A stretch of 64,000 bases of DNA from Candidatus Woesearchaeota archaeon (GTDB taxonomy: Archaea > Nanobdellota > Nanobdellia > Woesearchaeales > BS150m-G63). A model generated the notes under the pieces. That model was not told the origin of the DNA. It ran no database searches and saw only the letters and a list, made by a program, of their open reading frames with translations. Positions 1-9,810 of this stretch are shown here, piece by piece. The position numbers and the translations under genes were made by a program. The DNA lies in contig JADHVD010000004.1 in assembly GCA_016784165.1 (NCBI GenBank), forward strand, positions 11,624 through 75,623. The letters are read 5' to 3'. The stretch's first letter is position 1. Each line of letters opens with the position of its first letter.

Positions 1-1
1 T

Positions 2-1771
2 TCATTAGAATACATGATTGGAGCAGGAAATTATAGATATTTAGATTTCATAACAACAGATTCAAGGACACATCAAACACAAATCACAGACTTTTTAGAA
101 GAAAATGATTATACTATAATGTCTGCAACATGTACAGACTTACTTGAACACAGCACAGAAAAACCATTCTTAATCAAAGTAGATACAATTCCTCCTGTAA
201 TCTCTTATGTGGAAGTGTATAATGCAGAATTACAAGATTCATCAACTTCATACGCCTCTTTCCTTTTATTCTTAAGCCAATCAACAAATCTAGAGGCATT
301 TTCTCCAGAACCAATCAGATGTAAATATGGCACAACTCAAGATTATAATTCAATGGAAAAGTTCCCTAATTTTGATGAATTAGAATTCAGTAGCCAGAGA
401 TACTCAAACACTTTCCAATTAGCGAATGGATTTCACTCTCTTTATCTTGGATGCGAAGATATGGCAGGAAATTTAGGAAACATATTCCAGATAGATATAG
501 AAGTAAATACAGAACTTCCTATCCAAGTAAAAAATATACAACCTCAAGGATACACAAATATCCAACACCCAGACATAACTTTTGAAACATATAGAAATGC
601 AAGTTGTATAATAGATGTAAATCAACATCAAGGAGAGTATCTTTCAAGAGTGTATGATTCAGACAGCCACACTTACAAAACAAGTAATTCAATTACTTCA
701 AAAACACACACAGGAGCAAAATATACCTATTCAGCAAAAGTATCTGGACCATCAGGCAGCCCACAACAATTAACAGATATAGAGGAAAATAAAACATTTA
801 GTTTCACAATAAATTGTGAAGCAATAGAATCAACTGTCAATCCTTCAGAACCACACACATTTAATTTTACAACAGACTTTACCATACCTTTCATAAACTT
901 AATCCAACCACTAGACGGATTCATAACAAACGAAACAGTACTTCCAATAAGTGGAACAACAGAACCACTAGCAAATTTCCAAATTTATGTAAATGACGAA
1001 CAACAACTTTATCCAATTCACACAGAAAATGGAGATTTCAGCACAGTTGCAATCCTATCTAATGGTTCAAATAAAATAGAATTAAAAATAGTAGATAAAG
1101 CAACAAACACAAACGAACAAACTATTTATGGACTCTACAATAACATAGGTGCAAAAACAGAATTAATAGACCCTTTCAATGGAGATATAATTAACCCCAT
1201 AACAACAATTTCCACTAAATTATTAACTGAAAATAATCTTACTCCACCACCCCAATTAACAGAATTCGTAATCCACACCCTAAATAACACCCAAGAACAA
1301 TTAATGGATCCAGGAACAATAACTACCACATCAGATCAAGCAACATTGAATTTCGCATACCCCTATGAACCCTTACCAATCAACAAATATAGGATTTATG
1401 TAGTTCCAATAACATCAGATGGAACAAGGGGTGAAGGGCAGAACTCTTTATTCGAAATAAAAGACCCAATACCAGAAATATTCTTAACAACACCATACAC
1501 ATCAACGCCTTACAAATACTTAGTTGTGACTACACCAGAAATAGAATTCGCAGGATTAATCACAGGACAATTGCTCTCTGCACAGTTTTATTTGAATGGT
1601 CAACAAAAAACAACATTCGCCACAGAAGAATTCAGCACAACAACACAATTAATAGAAGGCCACAATAGATTCGCAATAATGGCAACAAGTACAGCTCAAG
1701 AAACTGGAATAAAACACGGAGAGGTAATTTTAGATTCCACAGGTCCAGATTCAATAATAATCATAGAATAG
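2..1771 (+). CDS. Large extracellular adhesin-like protein, 5'-truncated at the window edge
   Basis: The frame is open from base 2 to the stop at 1769-1771. The product is T/N/S/P-rich with no TM helix and no catalytic motif I recognise. It directly precedes a second giant surface protein. Confidence 0.55.
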   Translation, partial: SLEYMIGAGNYRYLDFITTDSRTHQTQITDFLEENDYTIMSATCTDLLEHSTEKPFLIKVDTIPPVISYVEVYNAELQDSSTSYASFLLFLSQSTNLEAFSPEPIRCKYGTTQDYNSMEKFPNFDELEFSSQRYSNTFQLANGFHSLYLGCEDMAGNLGNIFQIDIEVNTELPIQVKNIQPQGYTNIQHPDITFETYRNASCIIDVNQHQGEYLSRVYDSDSHTYKTSNSITSKTHTGAKYTYSAKVSGPSGSPQQLTDIEENKTFSFTINCEAIESTVNPSEPHTFNFTTDFTIPFINLIQPLDGFITNETVLPISGTTEPLANFQIYVNDEQQLYPIHTENGDFSTVAILSNGSNKIELKIVDKATNTNEQTIYGLYNNIGAKTELIDPFNGDIINPITTISTKLLTENNLTPPPQLTEFVIHTLNNTQEQLMDPGTITTTSDQATLNFAYPYEPLPINKYRIYVVPITSDGTRGEGQNSLFEIKDPIPEIFLTTPYTSTPYKYLVVTTPEIEFAGLITGQLLSAQFYLNGQQKTTFATEEFSTTTQLIEGHNRFAIMATSTAQETGIKHGEVILDSTGPDSIIIIE

Positions 1772-1831
1772 ATAAAAAAGAAACAGGAACAAAACAACAA
1801 AACACAAAAATAAAATAAAACAAAAAATAAA

Positions 1832-4800
1832 ATGAAAAAAATAACCACTTTAGCATTGTTTTTAATTTTAGTTAGCTCTTGTTATGCTTTAGTGATTCAA
1901 AACCCCAAACCAACAATCACCACAATATTTAATGAACCTGTATTAGTCCAATCAATAGATGCAAAGTTAGAATATTCAAACAACGACTTAATAAATTTAA
2001 TTTTAATACATACCTCTCCAGACAACACAACATTTAAACATGAACCAATAAATTTTCTTCCAGAAGGATATTATATATTTTCAATTCAAGCAAGCGACAT
2101 ACACGGAAATCCTGGAAACCTAAAAACTCAACAATTCACAATTCAAGTTCCTCCCTTAAGTATAGAATTGATAGAACCAAGATTCGGTTGGTCTCCAACA
2201 GAAATATTCAACATCACAATAGAAAGTAGCCTACCTTCAGATTGCAGATACTCTTTAGTCCCAAAAAACTATGAAGACATGACTTCTTTTTTCACAACAG
2301 AAGATAACATCACCCACACATTATCAAATTTTGATGGTACAATAACAAATCTATTATACATAGCATGTAAAACCAGTTACAACAACGAAACAACAGTACA
2401 AGATTTTAATTTCCATATAGATACGTCACCTCCAGAAATAACTTCCATCCACGCAGAGGATATCGCAGAATTCCCAATCCTAACAACACTGCAAGTAACA
2501 ACAAACGAACGAACTGTTTGCACATACAGTAAAACACAAACAAGTTTTGAAGATTCAACCCCATTTACAGGAGAAAACCAAACAAGAGAAGAAAATTATC
2601 AACTATCTCATTCACAAACACTCACAGACCAACAACTAATTGATTTTCAGACCAACTCTTTTTATGTTATTTGCAAAAACAGAGCAAGATTAGATTCCAC
2701 CACATCTCAAATAGACATAGATGTACAGAGTGAATCAGAAGCAGAAGTAACCATTAATCACCCACAATCAAATTCTTATCTCCCATCAGCCTCAATAAGA
2801 TTTAACATATCAACAAACAAAGTTGCAAAATGCCATTTTTCAAATAACACTAATGAAATATCTGGGAGTGGAGGGGCATTCGGCACCTTCACAAAAGAGC
2901 ACGTAAGTAGCCCATTACTTTTACCACCAAACACCCACACTTATTATTTTCAATGTTTAGTCAACACACCAGAAGGGCTATTAAATCCAGTCTCTACAAC
3001 ATTTACAATAGACACTTCACCCCCCAATCTGCTTTATGTGAACGATTCTAATAATCTACGGGGCATGGAAAACTTGAGCCAATTCACTTATTATAAAACA
3101 AAACTGTTTGTAAAATGGCACGCCGAAGATAATGAATCGGGAATTAAAGAATATAATTATAGCATATTTAAGGATAACAGCAGAGAATACAACCAAGATG
3201 AAATTATCCAAAATTGGACAATAATCCAAGACCAAGAATCAGGTCCAGAAGACATCACTGTAAAAGATTTAAACCTCACAGATAAAGGGACATATTATTT
3301 TAAATTTAAAGCAAAGAATAAAGCAGGACTTTGGAGTACAGAGAAAACCAGCGATGGAATCACAGTAGATTTAGCACTTTTACTTATTGGAACTTGTAAT
3401 AATAGAGTAAAAGATGCAGAGTTTAATGAAACAGACATTGACTGTGGAGGTCCTTGCCCCCCATGCGGATACAACAAAACATGTAGGACTAACATAGATT
3501 GCTTGAGCAATTATTGTAACTCCTCAAATAAATGCGACACAACATCCACAGGACCATCATGTTTTGATAACACTCGAAATCAAAATGAAACAGACATCGA
3601 CTGTGGAGGCAATTGTCAAGGTTGCTCAAACGGGAAAGCATGCATAAACAACACAGATTGTACTTCAGGACATTGCGACCCAGACACCCAACTATGCATA
3701 TTCTATGATACTTGTTCAAATTCAGTAAAAGATGGAGAAGAAACAGACCTTGATTGCGGAGGCAATTGCCCTCCATGTGAAATAGATGACCAATGCATTT
3801 TAGATTCAGATTGTCTTTCAGATTATTGTTCCATAAAAACAAATACTTGCCAGGAATTCACAACTTGCGGAGATGGAATAATAGATGTTGGAGAGCAGTG
3901 CGAAAATTCAACAGACGGAAAAACTTGCACACTTTTTGGATTTAATGGAGGGATTCTTACTTGTGGAGAAAACTGCATCTTTGACACTACTAATTGTACA
4001 GGACCCACAGGAGTTTGCAATGATTCAACAATCAATCCAGGAGAGCAGTGCGAAGATGAGGATTGGGGAAATGTAAAAGGTTGCTTTGATTTTGACAAAT
4101 TTGAATCAGGAGAACTTTCTTGCCAAAATTGCACATTAAATACAGCACAATGCAGCAAAAAGATAGACCCTTCCCAAGATACAGATAATGATGGGATGCC
4201 CGATGTATGTGAACAAAAATGGTTTAATTGTAGAACTTGTGCAGAACCAAATGAAGATCCAGATGAAGATGGACTAACAAATAAAAAAGAATGTACTCTA
4301 TGTACTTCAGGAACCAATCCAAAATCAGCAGATACAGATGGGGATAAACATAAAGATGGTAAAGAAGTAGAAAAAGGAACCGACCCTTGCGATAAATTAG
4401 ATTATCCAAAATCCAAATTAATGCCCTTTTTAATTTTCTTATTTATTTTATTTGCAATGATGGGTGGTGGTGGATATTACCTTTACATCAGAAAAATAAT
4501 AACTTTCACAGATAAACCACCTTACATAATAATAAATGCACCAGTACAAACCCCTTCACAAGCACCACAAGCAAAACCATTAATATCTTTCCTTAAACAA
4601 CCACCCTACATCCAATTAAATGCAAAAATAGAAATCCTAACAAAACCCCCTTTCATTTCTATAGAAAGAGAGATGCTTCCACAACCAGTAACACCTCAAT
4701 CAAGACAACAACCCCAACAACCAAGACAACCAAGACAACCAAGACAACCAATAAGACAACAACCAAGAGTGCTACCGAGAAGAAAACCAGTTTCAATTGG

Positions 4801-5137
4801 AAGAGTAATCAAAACAAGAAAAAGAAAAAAACTTTTTGAAGCATTTGGTGAATCAGAAGAAAAAGAACAACCAAAACAAGAACAAAAAATAACCCCTTCA
4901 AAGACACACCCCTTAAAAGAAAAAGCATCCAGCGCATTAGATAAACTTCCAAAAAAAGAAAAAGAACAACCTAAACAAGCACAACTTAAACAAGAACAAA
5001 AAACAGAACCAGAAAAAGAAAATGTAGAAGAAAAACCAAAACAATCTGAAAAATTCAAAAAATTATCGAGCATATTGGAAAAAGAAGATCCATTAAATAA
5101 ATTACCAATCCCTAAATCAAAGAAAAAGAAAAAATAA
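1832..5137 (+). CDS. Giant mosaic surface protein: signal peptide, Cys-rich repeats, TSP3-like Ca-binding repeats, one TM helix and a P/Q/K-rich tail
   Basis: N-terminus MKKITTLALFLILVSSCYA. Three copies of an ETD(I/L)DCGG.C..C ... DC.S..C module. Two copies of a CGDG/CND..I(D/N).GEQCE module. D-rich motifs DTDNDGMPD, DPDEDGLTN and DTDGDKHKDG. TM segment LMPFLIFLFILFAMMGGGGYYLYI, followed by a low-complexity QPRQPR / KEKEQPKQ tail. Confidence 0.8.
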   Translation: MKKITTLALFLILVSSCYALVIQNPKPTITTIFNEPVLVQSIDAKLEYSNNDLINLILIHTSPDNTTFKHEPINFLPEGYYIFSIQASDIHGNPGNLKTQQFTIQVPPLSIELIEPRFGWSPTEIFNITIESSLPSDCRYSLVPKNYEDMTSFFTTEDNITHTLSNFDGTITNLLYIACKTSYNNETTVQDFNFHIDTSPPEITSIHAEDIAEFPILTTLQVTTNERTVCTYSKTQTSFEDSTPFTGENQTREENYQLSHSQTLTDQQLIDFQTNSFYVICKNRARLDSTTSQIDIDVQSESEAEVTINHPQSNSYLPSASIRFNISTNKVAKCHFSNNTNEISGSGGAFGTFTKEHVSSPLLLPPNTHTYYFQCLVNTPEGLLNPVSTTFTIDTSPPNLLYVNDSNNLRGMENLSQFTYYKTKLFVKWHAEDNESGIKEYNYSIFKDNSREYNQDEIIQNWTIIQDQESGPEDITVKDLNLTDKGTYYFKFKAKNKAGLWSTEKTSDGITVDLALLLIGTCNNRVKDAEFNETDIDCGGPCPPCGYNKTCRTNIDCLSNYCNSSNKCDTTSTGPSCFDNTRNQNETDIDCGGNCQGCSNGKACINNTDCTSGHCDPDTQLCIFYDTCSNSVKDGEETDLDCGGNCPPCEIDDQCILDSDCLSDYCSIKTNTCQEFTTCGDGIIDVGEQCENSTDGKTCTLFGFNGGILTCGENCIFDTTNCTGPTGVCNDSTINPGEQCEDEDWGNVKGCFDFDKFESGELSCQNCTLNTAQCSKKIDPSQDTDNDGMPDVCEQKWFNCRTCAEPNEDPDEDGLTNKKECTLCTSGTNPKSADTDGDKHKDGKEVEKGTDPCDKLDYPKSKLMPFLIFLFILFAMMGGGGYYLYIRKIITFTDKPPYIIINAPVQTPSQAPQAKPLISFLKQPPYIQLNAKIEILTKPPFISIEREMLPQPVTPQSRQQPQQPRQPRQPRQPIRQQPRVLPRRKPVSIGRVIKTRKRKKLFEAFGESEEKEQPKQEQKITPSKTHPLKEKASSALDKLPKKEKEQPKQAQLKQEQKTEPEKENVEEKPKQSEKFKKLSSILEKEDPLNKLPIPKSKKKKK
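4718..4750 (+). repeat. 9-bp in-frame tandem repeat (caaccaaga, about 3.7 copies) encoding QPRQPRQPRQP
   Basis: Read directly from the sequence, inside the cytoplasmic tail of the 1832-5137 CDS. Confidence 0.9.
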
Positions 5138-5176
5138 CCAAAACAAGAATAAAAAAATAACAACAAGGTGATAAGA

Positions 5177-5728
5177 ATGAAAAAACAACAAAACAAAAAC
5201 AAGAGAGATTCCATATTTTCAAGAAAAAAAACCACTAAAAAAGCACAAATACAGGCACAAATATTTGTTTATGTTTTATCTATGATAGTGATTGGACTTG
5301 TATTACTCTATGGCTATAAAAGCATAGGCAAGATGAGAGAAAGAGCAAAACAAGTGGATTTAATTGGTTTTAAAACAGAAGTAAGAAATGCAGTAGAAAA
5401 AGTAAGCAATGATTATGGCACAGTTAGAGCGCCAGAATTTAAAGTTCCAGAAGGGTATGATGAAGTGTGCTTTATAGATTTAGACAAAGGGGCAGATCCA
5501 GGAATAGAGTCATTACACCCATTGGTTTATGAAGCATGGCAAGATGACAGTGCAAATGTTTTTCTAATAAAAGACTTAGCAAAAGAATTTTATTTAGTAG
5601 AATCAAATGGACAACATTTAATTCAAATAGATAGTCCAGGATATATTTGCCCAGAAGTAAAAGGATATAAAATAAAAATAAGATTAGAAGGTGTCGGAGG
5701 AAAAGCAAAACTATCCGAAATAGAATAA
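5177..5728 (+). CDS. Class III signal peptide (type IV pilin-like) protein
   Basis: ATG at 5177 preceded by aaggtga; the ORF-track start at 5168 is GTG. N-terminus ...RKKTTKKAQ|IQAQIFVYVLSMIVIGLVLLYG. Confidence 0.6.
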   Translation: MKKQQNKNKRDSIFSRKKTTKKAQIQAQIFVYVLSMIVIGLVLLYGYKSIGKMRERAKQVDLIGFKTEVRNAVEKVSNDYGTVRAPEFKVPEGYDEVCFIDLDKGADPGIESLHPLVYEAWQDDSANVFLIKDLAKEFYLVESNGQHLIQIDSPGYICPEVKGYKIKIRLEGVGGKAKLSEIE

Positions 5729-5776
5729 TCAAAATAAAGTAACCAAAATAAAATAATTAAAATAAATCAAAATAGG

Positions 5777-6850
5777 ATGAAAAAATCAAAAAAAGCAGCA
5801 ATTGAAGTATCATTTAATTGGATATTTGTATTAATAGCTGGGGGAGTAATACTTCTGTTTTTTATTAATTTAGTTGGCACCCAAAAAGAAAAGTCTCAGA
5901 TGAATATCGCACTGACAGTAAAAACAGAACTAAAATCTATTTTTACAGGGGCAACACTTTCACAAGCAAGACAGCTAGACATAGATATCCCAAAAACAAC
6001 CCTTAATTTTATTTGTGATTTTACTACCTGTACAGATTTTGAGGAATCAGATACGCCGAGCTGTTATTCTGAATATTCTATTGGGGAAACAGGAGTAAAT
6101 GAAAAAACACCTGCTCAGATAATATTCGCACCATCAGAACTATTTGGAAAAAAGATTCTCACCTGGACACTATCATGGAATGTTCCTTTTTATGTAACTA
6201 ATTTTTTATACATAACTGGCACAGATGTAAAATACATCTTTGTGGGTTCTTCAGATTCGGCAAATAATTTTTACAACAAATTCCCTGAAAAAACAAATAA
6301 ATATTTACGAACACCCAATTTAGCACCACAAGAAGAAGCTGATGGAAACCACAATTTCAAATTCATATTCTTTGATTCAGATCCAACAACATTTACTGTT
6401 TCAGACGAAATAATCTCCATAGCAAACCCTTCAAACATAAACGCAGTAAAGATAGATACCTCCTCAAAACAGATAAGTTTCTATTATTTTACAGATGACC
6501 ACACTTTTGAGCTAGAAGATTACATCCATTATCTAACAGAAGCAGAAGCATACGCAGCAATATTTTCAGACTCCTATAATTTTTATAAATGCAATCTTCA
6601 AAAAGCATTCAATAGATTACATTTAATCTCCACACTCCTTAAAGTAAGATCAGAAACACTCTACAATGATCCACAAACACCTAGCAGATGCAAAGGTACT
6701 TATGACATAAATAATAACGGCTTAACAACAATCGTAGAAAATTCAATAACTTTTTTTGATTCAAATATCTTACAGATAAGCAACTCAGCCCAGACATTGA
6801 GTATTTCAAACAGAGATACACAAGAAAAATCTTGTGCCTTGATATATTAA
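5777..6850 (+). CDS. Class III signal peptide (pilin-like) protein, 357 aa
   Basis: N-terminus MKKSKKAA|IEVSFNWIFVLIAGGVILLFFINLV. The rest is predicted extracellular and Cys-containing, with no known motif. Confidence 0.6.
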   Translation: MKKSKKAAIEVSFNWIFVLIAGGVILLFFINLVGTQKEKSQMNIALTVKTELKSIFTGATLSQARQLDIDIPKTTLNFICDFTTCTDFEESDTPSCYSEYSIGETGVNEKTPAQIIFAPSELFGKKILTWTLSWNVPFYVTNFLYITGTDVKYIFVGSSDSANNFYNKFPEKTNKYLRTPNLAPQEEADGNHNFKFIFFDSDPTTFTVSDEIISIANPSNINAVKIDTSSKQISFYYFTDDHTFELEDYIHYLTEAEAYAAIFSDSYNFYKCNLQKAFNRLHLISTLLKVRSETLYNDPQTPSRCKGTYDINNNGLTTIVENSITFFDSNILQISNSAQTLSISNRDTQEKSCALIY

Positions 6851-6907
6851 CCATAAAAAACAAAACAAAACAAAACAAATAATCCAGAAAAAGAAAAAAC
6901 AAAAACA

Positions 6908-7396
6908 ATGAAAAAAAACAAAAAAGCACAAATGAAAATGGGGGAAACCATTGCAGTTTTAATAGTGTTTTTTATGATCTTATTTTTCGGAATTTTCTTT
7001 TACGCAAATATGGAAAGAAAAAGTTTTCAATCAAGATTAGAAAAAATGGAAGAAAAAAAATCAATAGATGTTGCACAGACAATATCTTTTCTGCCAGAAT
7101 TAAAATGTACTGCAGAAAATATCACAAAAACTCTTTGTATAGATAAACTAAAATTAGATGCATTCAAAACACTTGCTTCAGAAAGAACCCAATATTATCA
7201 GTCTGTTTTTTCTAATACTATGATAGAGATAGCCGAGATTTACCCAACGAGTACATCTTACGAAACAGTTTATGAAGGCACAACGTCAGATCAATATTTC
7301 AGCACCTTTATTCCCGTATCTATTTTCTACCCCTCACCCTATCCTGGAAGATACGGAATAGGACTTTTAAGAATAAAATATTATACTTTCAAATAA
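6908..7396 (+). CDS. Class III signal peptide (pilin-like) protein
   Basis: N-terminus MKKNKKAQ|MKMGETIAVLIVFFMILFFGIFFY. Confidence 0.6.
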   Translation: MKKNKKAQMKMGETIAVLIVFFMILFFGIFFYANMERKSFQSRLEKMEEKKSIDVAQTISFLPELKCTAENITKTLCIDKLKLDAFKTLASERTQYYQSVFSNTMIEIAEIYPTSTSYETVYEGTTSDQYFSTFIPVSIFYPSPYPGRYGIGLLRIKYYTFK

Positions 7397-7403
7397 ATAA
7401 AAA

Positions 7404-7886
7404 ATGAGAAAAACAAAAAAATCACAAACAGAAATACTCGGATTAGCAATAGTCATAGTTTTTATTACAATTGGAATGCTCTTCGTAGTTAAATTTATGA
7501 TTTCTAAAAAACCAGACCAACAGAGAGAAACATTTATTAGATCAGAATTAGCGTCAAATATTCTTGGTTCAATGATAGATGTAAATACAGATTGTAGAAA
7601 TTTAGACCTTTCAGAATTATTAAAAGATTGCGCAGAATCATATCCAGGGGGAATAACTTGTTCAGGACAAACATCTTGTGATTATTCAGAACAGATAATA
7701 AACACAATTCTTTCTAATTTTATGACTAACTTAGGTGGGAATCGCAGTTACCAATTCTTAGCGACAACACAACAAGATGACTTAATTTTCATAGAACAAG
7801 GCAATTGTACTGTTTGGGAATCAGCAAATCAACCATTACCAACATACGTTGGAACACTGGAACTCAAGTTTCATATGTGTAAATAA
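7404..7886 (+). CDS. Class III signal peptide (pilin-like) protein
   Basis: N-terminus MRKTKKSQ|TEILGLAIVIVFITIGMLFVV. Starts 8 nt after the previous stop. Confidence 0.6.
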   Translation: MRKTKKSQTEILGLAIVIVFITIGMLFVVKFMISKKPDQQRETFIRSELASNILGSMIDVNTDCRNLDLSELLKDCAESYPGGITCSGQTSCDYSEQIINTILSNFMTNLGGNRSYQFLATTQQDDLIFIEQGNCTVWESANQPLPTYVGTLELKFHMCK

Positions 7887-7960
7887 CTCTTATTCTTATA
7901 GAAAACTTTAAATATCCAGCCATTATTAAAACAATATCACAATTAAACCGAGGTGATTAT

Positions 7961-8218
7961 ATGGATAAAAAAGCACAAGGTCTCTCTTTAAACACGATCA
8001 TAATAGCTGCACTTGTTTTATTAGTTCTAGTCATCCTTGCAGTAATTTTTACTGGAAGAATGGGTCAATGGGGAACAGAAACAAATAATTGCGAGAAACA
8101 AGGAGGAATCTGCACAGAAGAATGTGGAGATGGATTCACGCAACACCCTATATGGAAATGCTATGATTCAGATAATAAAGTAGACCCAGACATGAGTTGC
8201 TGTCTCACAGCAAGTTAA
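7961..8218 (+). CDS. Small Cys-rich pilin-like protein (six-Cys, C-terminal CC family)
   Basis: MDKKAQ|GLSLNTIIIAALVLLVLVILAVIF followed by C..6..C...C...C...CC. SD gaggtga lies upstream. Confidence 0.65.
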   Translation: MDKKAQGLSLNTIIIAALVLLVLVILAVIFTGRMGQWGTETNNCEKQGGICTEECGDGFTQHPIWKCYDSDNKVDPDMSCCLTAS

Positions 8219-8251
8219 TTTTTTATTATTTTTTTCTTTTATTTTCAAAAA

Positions 8252-8548
8252 ATGAAATCAAAAAAACAAAAAAATCCCTGTCTTTTAACTTTTTGTTCTA
8301 AAAAAACGAATAAAAAAGCACAAGGATTATCTTTAAATGTGATTATCTTAGCTGCAATAGCTTTATTAGTTCTTATAATTCTTACAGTATTTTTTTCAAG
8401 TAGAATGGGTAAATTTAGTTCAGGTTTAGAAGATTGTGGTGCAAAAGGTGGTACACCAGTAAAACAAGCATCTGCTTGTGGAGAATTTGCACCAATTCCC
8501 ATGAAAGACACAAATTACAAATACTGTTGTTTAAATGTTACAGGATGA
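8252..8548 (+). CDS. Small Cys-rich pilin-like protein, paralog of 7961-8218
   Basis: NKKAQ|GLSLNVIILAAIALLVLIILTVFF is near-identical to its neighbour at the DNA level and the protein ends YKYCCLNVTG. The true start is uncertain: the leader is long and there is no internal ATG. Confidence 0.55.
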   Translation: MKSKKQKNPCLLTFCSKKTNKKAQGLSLNVIILAAIALLVLIILTVFFSSRMGKFSSGLEDCGAKGGTPVKQASACGEFAPIPMKDTNYKYCCLNVTG

Positions 8549-8587
8549 CCAAAAATATTAAATACTTCTTTTTATTAATTTTAAATC

Positions 8588-8689
8588 ATGACAATAAAAG
8601 AGTTGGCAATTTTAATCCTTTCTATAATAGGCATAATTGTTATAAGTATAATTGTCTTTAAAGTTTCAAAAACAATATTAACTCCTTAG
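8588..8689 (+). CDS. Possible 33-aa single-TM micro-protein
   Basis: My own translation is MTIKELAILILSIIGIIVISIIVFKVSKTILTP. The stop lies 1 nt before the next gene's ATG. It is too short for the ORF track. Confidence 0.3.
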   Translation: MTIKELAILILSIIGIIVISIIVFKVSKTILTP

Positions 8690-8690
8690 A

Positions 8691-9791
8691 ATGAAAAATA
8701 AAAGAGGCACATCAATGGCACCAAAGACATTGGTAAGGATTATCCTAATTCTCTCTGCAGCATTTATTATGGGTTTATTTGTTATGGGTATAACAAAAGT
8801 AATAACTAAAGGGGGCGACGTTGAAAATTGTAGGACAAGCATCATAGCAGCAGCCCAATCTAAAAAATTACCAACCATAAAAGGCATTGGGAGACCAATA
8901 GCTAATTTAAATTGTCCAAGACAAGAATTTGTTCTCTATAAAAAAGATATAGTTGAAAAAGGAGAAATAAACCAAGATAAAGCACATAAACGAATAGCAG
9001 ACGCAATGGCAGAATGTTGGTATATGGTTGGGGAAGGAAAAATGGACCCATTTTCCGATTGGGAAGACAAAAACAAAAATTACTGTCTTATTTGTAAGAC
9101 AATAAAATTCGACAAGAAACTAGAAAGATTCATATCATCACACGCAGATGATCTAAACAAAACTTATTTGATTGAAAAAAAAGGTTTATCAGATGAAGAA
9201 GCGACCACAAAAGTAAAAGAAAACATCAAAAAATACATGGTAACCACAGAAAAACTATATGTAAGGGAACACAGCCCAAAACATAGCGACAAAACATATT
9301 ATGGATATTTATTTAATGAAGAGCCACCAGAAATTTCTGAAGAAACCAAAGAAAATTTATCATACCAACCATTTATTCCTGGTTCAACAATTTTTGTAAA
9401 CATGTATAGATATAAGGCAAAAAGTACTGCTTGGAAAGTAGTAGGAATAGGTGCTGCAGTATTTGGAGGGGTATTGGTTGTAGGTGGATTAGTTTTAGCA
9501 CCTTTTACAGGGGGAGGATCTTTGTTGGTTAGTTCCGCAGGATGGAGTATTTTTGCTGCATCAGCAGCTACAATAGCAGCAATGACTGTAGGTGTATTGG
9601 GAGGCGGATTGGCCCTTTATGCAACTGTAGATAAGGCATTTGAATCTTGTGAGGGTTGCGGTATTGGTGGAATACAATTATTGCCGCCATACGTCCCACT
9701 CTCAGAAGAACAAAAAATCTGTGTAGAAGATTGCAATACAGGTGATCCTAAATATAAAAATATTCCTTATTGTTCTTTAATCGTAAATTAA
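8691..9791 (+). CDS. Pilin-like N-terminal anchor protein with a C-terminal Gly-rich TM region
   Basis: MKNKRGT|SMAPKTLVRIILILSAAFIMGLFVMG. Conserved AECWYMVGEG ... YCLICKTIKF. C-terminal VVGIGAAVFGGVLVVGGLVLAPFTGGG... Paralog of 9811-10689. Confidence 0.6.
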   Translation: MKNKRGTSMAPKTLVRIILILSAAFIMGLFVMGITKVITKGGDVENCRTSIIAAAQSKKLPTIKGIGRPIANLNCPRQEFVLYKKDIVEKGEINQDKAHKRIADAMAECWYMVGEGKMDPFSDWEDKNKNYCLICKTIKFDKKLERFISSHADDLNKTYLIEKKGLSDEEATTKVKENIKKYMVTTEKLYVREHSPKHSDKTYYGYLFNEEPPEISEETKENLSYQPFIPGSTIFVNMYRYKAKSTAWKVVGIGAAVFGGVLVVGGLVLAPFTGGGSLLVSSAGWSIFAASAATIAAMTVGVLGGGLALYATVDKAFESCEGCGIGGIQLLPPYVPLSEEQKICVEDCNTGDPKYKNIPYCSLIVN

Positions 9792-9810
9792 AAAATCATC
9801 AAAAACTAAA

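Noticed and set aside
3295-5235. Series of minus-strand ORFs (3295-3510, 3489-3842, 3823-4317, 4224-4409, 4696-5235) antisense to the giant surface gene
   Set aside because: They are fully nested in a long sense ORF with clear domain structure. The antisense products are Cys/Ser/Phe-rich low-complexity mirror images with no start context.
8434-8661. 75-aa plus-strand ORF
   Set aside because: It is out of frame with and overlaps the 8252-8548 pilin-like gene. The short in-frame TM micro-ORF at 8588-8689 explains the downstream part better.
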